Shown piece after piece: positions 57,905-64,000 of a stretch of DNA of 64,000 nt (positions are counted from its first letter, which is position 1; each line of letters starts with the position of its first letter). The stretch is from Deltaproteobacteria bacterium. Its GTDB lineage: Bacteria > Desulfobacterota_D > UBA1144 > Nemesobacterales > CSP1-2. The notes below the pieces were generated by a model. It had not been told where the DNA came from. It did not search any database and saw only the letters and a list, made by a program, of their open reading frames with translations. The position numbers were made by a program, and so were the translations under genes. Location: the NCBI GenBank assembly GCA_052390235.1, contig JBQTHB010000006.1:256001-320000 (forward strand), written 5' to 3'.

Positions 57905-58466
57905 ACTGAAGATTTTACGCCTCGGCGGATTTCCACTTCTCACGCTGATATTGCTGGCGGCAGGATGCCTTGAGACTCCCCCTGCCCCCTCTCTGGATTC
58001 CCCATCGCTCGGAAATGGGCAAAGGTCGCTCCAGGGGGTGAAATTTGTAAGGCAGAGGGATGAATTCTGCGGGCCTGCGGCAATGGAATCCGTGATGAAC
58101 TACTACGGAGAGGGCGTTTCGCAGGATGAAATCGCAGGGAGCGTCTATACGCCAAAGCTGGGCGGCGCGCTTATTTCTGATATGCAGTATTTTGCGCAGG
58201 AGCGGGGCTTTAGGGCTGAAACCATAAATGGGGATTTCGACGCCATCGCCTCGGCTATTGATTCCGGCGCGCCCGTGATAGCGCTCGTGGATGTGGGCAA
58301 ATTTGGGCTGAGCGCGCCGCACTACTACGTCGTCTATGGCTACGATAAAGCCGAGGGTGCCCTTCTCCTCCACACAGGTTACAGGGGCAACGTCAGGATG
58401 AAATTGCGCCGGTTCGAGCGCGAGTGGAGTAAAATGAACCGCCTGATGCTCGTGATTCACAAATGA
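57888..58466 (+). CDS. C39-like cysteine peptidase lipoprotein (PA2778-type)
   Basis: Lipobox LAAGC; Q..FCGPAAM, VYTPKLGG, HYYVVYGYD, LHTG. Confidence 0.8.
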   Translation: MQSGFRLKILRLGGFPLLTLILLAAGCLETPPAPSLDSPSLGNGQRSLQGVKFVRQRDEFCGPAAMESVMNYYGEGVSQDEIAGSVYTPKLGGALISDMQYFAQERGFRAETINGDFDAIASAIDSGAPVIALVDVGKFGLSAPHYYVVYGYDKAEGALLLHTGYRGNVRMKLRRFEREWSKMNRLMLVIHK

Positions 58467-59041
58467 AATTGCTTTTGGCTCTCATCATCTCATTGCTCGT
58501 TTCCGGGTGCGCCCTCGTTGAAAGGCACATCGCGCTTACGAAAGACCCACTCACAGCCGAGGAGCATAACAATTTAGGCGTCGCATACGAGAGAGAGGGG
58601 AAAATTGAGCTTGCCCTCGGAGAATATCAAAAAGCCGCCGCCGATGGAGACCTCATCATCCCCCGCGTAAATATGGGAAATGCCTATTTCAAGCTCGGCA
58701 GATACGCCGAAGCCGAAAAATCCTACGCCGAAGCGCTCAAAAGGGATAAAAAGAACATCGAAGCCGCAAATAATTTGGCATCCGTCTATATTGCCCTCGG
58801 CGGTCGCTACGACAAGGGAATGGATATACTGCTCCAAGCCCTCGACGGAGACACTGAAATCCCCGCATACGCCCTCGACACCCTCGGCGCTCTTTACCTG
58901 AGATTAGGGGATAGCAAGAAGGCTCTGGGCTATTTCAGGCGCGCGTGCGCTAAAGCCGAGGGAAACCCCGAACTCATTCGGCAAATCGAGGGGCATACTG
59001 CCGAGATTGGGCGCGATTGCCGGAATTTATCCGACCCTTAA
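58463..59041 (+). CDS. TPR lipoprotein
   Basis: Lipobox VSGC; HNNLGVAY, NMGNAY, NNLA, DTLG TPR motifs; ATGA overlap with the peptidase gene. Confidence 0.85.
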   Translation: MKLLLALIISLLVSGCALVERHIALTKDPLTAEEHNNLGVAYEREGKIELALGEYQKAAADGDLIIPRVNMGNAYFKLGRYAEAEKSYAEALKRDKKNIEAANNLASVYIALGGRYDKGMDILLQALDGDTEIPAYALDTLGALYLRLGDSKKALGYFRRACAKAEGNPELIRQIEGHTAEIGRDCRNLSDP

Positions 59042-62000
59042 GCCCCCCCGTCCGATGACGCGCTCTATGTCGTCAATGAATTTATCCTGAATCTCAACGT
59101 GGCAGTTGCCAGATTCAACCAATACCTCTTCCTCTCCGTCTGCGATGTGCAGAAACACTCTGGACTCCCCCGGATAGGCGTCGGCTATCCGCTTGAGCTT
59201 GAGGAGATTCTCAGGGGTGGCTAGCTCTTTTTTAAGCATTATATGAGCCGCCGACCCGCTTCTCATCTCCCGAATCGAATAAATTTCGGCGGCCCTTATT
59301 TTGACCCTATCCTCGGAATTCTCAATCGTGCCTCGCACTATCACCGGCTCGGATTTCTCTTCAAGCAAGGGCATGGATTTCCTCAGGAGGTCGTTGAACA
59401 CTATGACCTCGGCCGAGCCTTTCATATCCTCTAAAATGAGGTTGCCGAAAATCCCCGCGCCGTTTTTCGTATGCTTCACCGTGAGCGAGCGCACAACGCC
59501 GGCTATTGCAATATCCCGCCTATCGGGGGCGTCCTGAAGCATCTGGGTATCGGTGTCGGCGTAGCGCTTTATTTCAGCGCTGTATTTCGCCATTGGATGG
59601 CTTGAGACGTAGAATCCGAGCGTATCGAGTTCGCCCTTGAGAACCTCGGTCTCGCCCCACTCCTGTGAGTGTTTTAGCTTAGGCTGAGAGATAGATGCCG
59701 AAAGCGCGCCGAAAAGGGATATCTGCCCTTCGGGAGAGCCTTTCTGCGCCCCTGCCGAATAGCTAAGAAGGGTGTCAATAGAGTCGGAAAGCTCCGCCCT
59801 GTGAGAGCCGAGGGAGTCGAACGCTCCGCCCTTTATGAGGCTCTCAAGGGTCTTTCGGTTTACTTTTTTTGTGTCAACCCGCTCCAGAAAATCAAAAACC
59901 GACTTAAACGCCCCGCCGCCCTGCCGCGCCTTTATTACGGCGTCAACCGTCGCCTCGCCCAGGTTTTTAACCGCGGCAAGCCCGAAGCGGATTTTCCCCT
60001 CCAGAGCCGTAAAGCCGGAGGCGCTCTCGTTCACGTCTGGGGCTAGAACTTCTATGCCCATCTCGCGGCACTCGGCAATGCTGGATATGACTTTGTCGCT
60101 GTTTCCGGCTTCGGACGAGAGCAGAGCCGCCATGAACTCCGCAGGGAAATGGGTCTTCAAATACGCCGTCTGATAGGTGAGAAGGGCGTAGGCGGCGCTG
60201 TGGCTTTTGTTGAAGGAGTATTCGGCGAAATTCTCCATGGCGTCGAAAATCTCTTCGGCTTTTTTTGAGTTTATCCCCTTGCGTCTCGCCCCGTCTAGGA
60301 ATCTCTCGCGCTGAGCTTTCATCTCCTCTGGTTTTTTCTTCCCCATCGCGCGGCGGAGCAGGTCGGCTTCTCCGAGGCTATAGTCGGCAAGGACGCTTGA
60401 GGTTTTCATTATCTGCTCTTGATAGACAAATAAGCCGTAGGTGTCTTTGAGGATTTCCTGAAGCTCCGGCAGGGGGTAGTCAATCCGCTTCTGCCCGTGT
60501 TTGCGCTTAATGAACTCATCCACCATGCCGCTGTCCAGAGGGCCCGGGCGGTACAGGGCGAGAAGGGCGATAATCTCCTCAAAATTGGACGGCTCGAGTT
60601 TTGTTAAGACCTCTTTCATCCCCGAGGATTCAATCTGAAACACCCCGCGCGTTTTGCCGCTTGAGAGGAACTTATACACGCGCTCATCGTCCAGAGGGAT
60701 TTTCATCACGTCGAAACCGGTGGAGGAGGCGCGTATAAATTCCACCGCCTTATCAATTACGGTGAGCGTCTTAAGCCCTAGGAAATCAAACTTCACATAG
60801 CCCAAGTCCTCAATGGATTTCATATCAAACTGGGTTACCGTCTCGTCCTTCGAGCCTCGATATAGCGGGATAAAATCGGCAAGCGGCTCATCGGAAATCA
60901 CAATACCGGCGGCGTGCGTGGATGAGTGCCGCACCATATCCTCAAGGGGTCTGGCATTTTCGACAAGCTCGCGCAGGTGGGAGTGCTTCTGGAGGAGGTC
61001 TTGTAGCTGCGGCACTTTTTCAATCGCCTCATCGAGGCTAAACACCTTGCCCCTAAACGTGGGGATTAGCTTTGTGATGCGGTCAACGTCGGCGTACGGG
61101 ACCCCCATTACCCGCCCTACGTCTTTTATCACTGCCTTTGCCGACATAGTTCCGAACGTGCCGATTTGGGCGACTCTATCCGAGCCGTATTTCTCGGTTA
61201 CATATTTTATGACCTCGTCGCGCCTTTCTCCGCAAAAGTCAACGTCAATGTCAGGCATACTCACGCGCTCGGGGTTTAGAAACCGCTCGAAGATGAGGTT
61301 GTAGGGGATGGGGTCAATCTCGGTGATTCCCAGGGCATAGGCGACGAGGCTCCCGGCGGCGCTCCCTCTGCCGGGCCCAACGGGGATCCGCCTCGATTTA
61401 GCATAATTAATGAAATCTGAGACCACGAGAAAGTAGCCCGCAAACCCCATTTTAGCAATTGTATCAATCTCGCCCTCAAGCCTCGCCCTGTAGGAGGTCG
61501 CTCCGGTGGCGTCAATTTTATTCTCCTCAATACGGTATTCGAGGTTTTCTCTCGCAAGCTCAGCCATGCGCTCTTCGAGGGATTTCCCCCCTTCGAGCTT
61601 AAATACGGGCATTTTGTAGCCAGCTGTTTTGAGGTCGAAACTGCACCGCTCGGCAATTTCCATAGTCCGCTCAATCTCCCCCTCGCACCCCCGGAGGGAT
61701 TCAACCATCTCTGCCCTCGATTTCATGAAGAACTCATCCCCCGTGAACCTCATGCGGTTCTCATCCTTCAGCGCGACTCCCGTCTGAACGCACAGCAGTA
61801 CGTCATGGGATTTTGCATCCTCGCGCCGGAGGTAGTGGCAGTCGTTTGTGGCGACGACGGGTATGGAGAGTTTCCTGCCGAGTTCAAGGAGTTTTTGGTT
61901 GAGAGCGTCCTGCTCGCTAATACCGTTTGCCTGAATTTCGAGGTAGTACCTATCGCCAAATAGCTCTCTGTAGCGGGCGGCAACCTCAAGCGCCCCTTTC

Positions 62001-62455
62001 ATGTCATTTGCTAGAACGCGCTTTGAGAGTTCGCTGTTCATGCACCCGCTGAGGATAATAAGTCCCTCGCGGTGAGTGTCGAGAAGCTCCATGTCAACGC
62101 GGGGCCTCCTGTAGAACCCCTCGAAATAGGCGCGAGTAACTAGCCTCGATAGATTCCTGTAGCCGGCGGCGTTGGCGGAGAGAACCGTGAGGTGGTGGTT
62201 TTTCTCTTCTTGGGACTTATCCCGCCGCGCCGCGGGAGCCACATAAACCTCGCACCCGATAATGGGCTTTATTCCGGCTCTCCTGCCCTCTTTGTAGAAC
62301 TCGTGCGCCCCGAACAGATTGCCGTGGTCTGTAAGGGCGACAGCAGGCATCCCAAACTCCCTGGCGCGGCGAAAGAGCTCGTCAAACTTAATCGCCCCGT
62401 CCAAGAGGGAGTATTGGGAATGCAGATGAAGATGAATGAATCCGCCGCCAGCCAT
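59027..62455 (-). CDS. dnaE: DNA polymerase III alpha subunit
   Basis: FIHLHLHSQYSLLDG, GPGRGSAAGS, PDIDVDF, KFDFLGL, FNKSHS; likely start at ATG 62455. Confidence 0.97.
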   Translation of the reverse strand: MAGGGFIHLHLHSQYSLLDGAIKFDELFRRAREFGMPAVALTDHGNLFGAHEFYKEGRRAGIKPIIGCEVYVAPAARRDKSQEEKNHHLTVLSANAAGYRNLSRLVTRAYFEGFYRRPRVDMELLDTHREGLIILSGCMNSELSKRVLANDMKGALEVAARYRELFGDRYYLEIQANGISEQDALNQKLLELGRKLSIPVVATNDCHYLRREDAKSHDVLLCVQTGVALKDENRMRFTGDEFFMKSRAEMVESLRGCEGEIERTMEIAERCSFDLKTAGYKMPVFKLEGGKSLEERMAELARENLEYRIEENKIDATGATSYRARLEGEIDTIAKMGFAGYFLVVSDFINYAKSRRIPVGPGRGSAAGSLVAYALGITEIDPIPYNLIFERFLNPERVSMPDIDVDFCGERRDEVIKYVTEKYGSDRVAQIGTFGTMSAKAVIKDVGRVMGVPYADVDRITKLIPTFRGKVFSLDEAIEKVPQLQDLLQKHSHLRELVENARPLEDMVRHSSTHAAGIVISDEPLADFIPLYRGSKDETVTQFDMKSIEDLGYVKFDFLGLKTLTVIDKAVEFIRASSTGFDVMKIPLDDERVYKFLSSGKTRGVFQIESSGMKEVLTKLEPSNFEEIIALLALYRPGPLDSGMVDEFIKRKHGQKRIDYPLPELQEILKDTYGLFVYQEQIMKTSSVLADYSLGEADLLRRAMGKKKPEEMKAQRERFLDGARRKGINSKKAEEIFDAMENFAEYSFNKSHSAAYALLTYQTAYLKTHFPAEFMAALLSSEAGNSDKVISSIAECREMGIEVLAPDVNESASGFTALEGKIRFGLAAVKNLGEATVDAVIKARQGGGAFKSVFDFLERVDTKKVNRKTLESLIKGGAFDSLGSHRAELSDSIDTLLSYSAGAQKGSPEGQISLFGALSASISQPKLKHSQEWGETEVLKGELDTLGFYVSSHPMAKYSAEIKRYADTDTQMLQDAPDRRDIAIAGVVRSLTVKHTKNGAGIFGNLILEDMKGSAEVIVFNDLLRKSMPLLEEKSEPVIVRGTIENSEDRVKIRAAEIYSIREMRSGSAAHIMLKKELATPENLLKLKRIADAYPGESRVFLHIADGEEEVLVESGNCHVEIQDKFIDDIERVIGRGGLRVG

Positions 62456-62663
62456 AGCGGTTTTATTATATCTTGGAAAGTTTTTGGAAGGCAAGGCGCG
62501 GCGCAAGTGGAAATTCGGATACTGTGTTGCAAAGAGCGGCTGAAATTGTATATTTAAGCCGGTTGAACTTCTCTGCGCATCTAGTCCAAACAATCCGATA
62601 ATATAGATTCTCCGGCGTACCACAAAACGAGTAGGCGAAGCGCCGGAAACGGAGGCAAAATTT

Positions 62664-64000
62664 ATGGAAGGGGTTTTAATCCTGCTTGAAGAGTACACAG
62701 GGCCGCTCATCACATTTATTATCAGGCTCTACCTGAACACCTCGGACACTAATCTCACTCTCGGCGCAAGCGCCGCCATCCTCTCGATTATACTAATTTC
62801 CCTCCTCACGAGGAGAGGCGCAAAGCCCGAATCCGCCGAGCGGCAAGCGGGGCAGGCAGTCCTATCCGAAGCCGAAACCCCGCCCGCGCCCGATATTGCC
62901 GCCGAAACCAAAATTATCGAAGAGCCGCCCATAAGGCGAAACATCGAGCCTGAAATTGCCCCCGCTCACGAGCCGGCAAAGCGCGTCGAGCCTATCGCCG
63001 CCCTGACGCAGGAAGCCTCCCCCGTGGCGCTGGAAGGAGAACCTGAGCCGGAAGTAGAAATTGAGAAAGAGCCGGAGGAGACAAAGGACGGGCTATTCTC
63101 AAGGCTTAGGGCTGGGCTTGCCAGAACACAGTCCGGGCTTTTGGGGAAGCTCGATGAAATCCTCTCCATCAGAAAAGAGGTTGATGAAAACCTCTGGGAC
63201 GAGTTTGAAGAGACGCTCATTATGTCCGATTTGGGAATGCCAACGACAATGAAACTGCGCGACACCATCGAGGGCAGGCTCACAAAAAAATCCCTCCGAG
63301 ACCCGAAGACGATAAAAGCCGCGCTCAAAGAAGAGATATTGAAAATCCTAAGGCAAGCCGAGGGCAGGGCGATTGAACCGAATCGCAAGCCGTTTGTGAT
63401 AATGGTAGCCGGCGTCAACGGCGTAGGGAAAACCACTACCATTGGCAAGCTAGCCTATAAGTTCAGGAAAGACGGAAAGAGCGTTATGGTCGCCGCCGCC
63501 GACACATTCAGAGCCGCCGCCGTGGATCAGCTTGAGGTATGGGCAAAGCGCGTGGGAAGCGATTTCCTCAGGGGTCAAAACGGGGCAGACCCCTCGGCTG
63601 TTGCCTTCGACGCCGTAAAAGCCGCCTCCTCGCGCGGGACTGACGTGCTGATAATTGACACCGCGGGCAGACTCCACACTAAGACAAACCTCATGGACGA
63701 GCTCAAAAAAATACGGAAAATCGTGGCAAGGGAAATGGACGGCGCGCCGCACGAAACGCTACTTGTGCTTGACGCCACTACGGGGCAGAACGCCGTTCAG
63801 CAGGCAAAAATATTCAGAGAGACGGTCGAGGTTACGGGAATCGCGCTGACGAAGCTCGACGGCACGGCTAAGGGCGGGGTCATCGTGTCAATCGCCAACG
63901 AACTCAATATACCCGTCAAATTTATCGGTATCGGCGAGAGCCTGGGGGATTTGCGCGAATTCAAAGCTGAGGAGTTTGTCGAGGCGCTGTTTCTCTCCGG
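62664..64000 (+). CDS. ftsY: Signal recognition particle receptor FtsY (runs off the window end)
   Basis: Not in the ORF track. GGAGG RBS, ATG 62664, hydrophobic N-terminus, acidic Pro-rich region, GVNGVGKTTTIGKLA, DTFRAAA, DTAGRL, TKLDGTAKGG. Confidence 0.93.
   Translation, partial: MEGVLILLEEYTGPLITFIIRLYLNTSDTNLTLGASAAILSIILISLLTRRGAKPESAERQAGQAVLSEAETPPAPDIAAETKIIEEPPIRRNIEPEIAPAHEPAKRVEPIAALTQEASPVALEGEPEPEVEIEKEPEETKDGLFSRLRAGLARTQSGLLGKLDEILSIRKEVDENLWDEFEETLIMSDLGMPTTMKLRDTIEGRLTKKSLRDPKTIKAALKEEILKILRQAEGRAIEPNRKPFVIMVAGVNGVGKTTTIGKLAYKFRKDGKSVMVAAADTFRAAAVDQLEVWAKRVGSDFLRGQNGADPSAVAFDAVKAASSRGTDVLIIDTAGRLHTKTNLMDELKKIRKIVAREMDGAPHETLLVLDATTGQNAVQQAKIFRETVEVTGIALTKLDGTAKGGVIVSIANELNIPVKFIGIGESLGDLREFKAEEFVEALFLS

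Noticed and set aside
62456..62713. 86-aa N-terminal extension of DnaE in the ORF track
   Set aside because: It overlaps the divergent ftsY start, and DnaE homology begins at MAGGGFIHLH (62455).

Overview
Bacterial chromosomal window of moderate GC. Gene style is compatible with a deltaproteobacteria-like or Ca. Dadabacteria-type organism, but taxonomy cannot be proven from the sequence. Housekeeping backbone: thrC, thiE, ppa, sufBCD with an Rrf2 regulator, prs-rplY-pth-rpsF-rpsR-rplI, thi4, degQ, pilD, CDC48-like ATPase, recF, pepF, dnaE and a partial ftsY. Accessory content: (1) a type III-B (cmr1-6) CRISPR effector operon with three coupled CARF genes (Cami1-like CARF-RelE, TIGR02710-type CARF-HEPN, NE0113-type CARF-wHTH). 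It has no array, cas1, cas2 or cas6 in the window, and cas10 is frameshifted. The operon is bracketed by a perfect 21-bp inverted repeat whose copies lie upstream of cmr1 and upstream of an uncharacterised lipoprotein gene, and a (TGTAG)8 microsatellite sits upstream. (2) A minimal Fap-like export locus: secreted, highly hydrophobic precursor, outer-membrane barrel and C39 peptidase. (3) A second C39 system of PA2779/PA2778 type. (4) A TPR-barrel / FecR / Cys-Asp-repeat lipoprotein operon. (5) A MnSOD gene that appears to encode both a leaderless Tat-exported form and an SD-led cytoplasmic form. (6) An unannotated 33-aa PAKK-repeat microprotein. (7) An ~830-bp mosaic of REP-like palindromes. 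No tRNA, rRNA, transposase or CRISPR array was seen.
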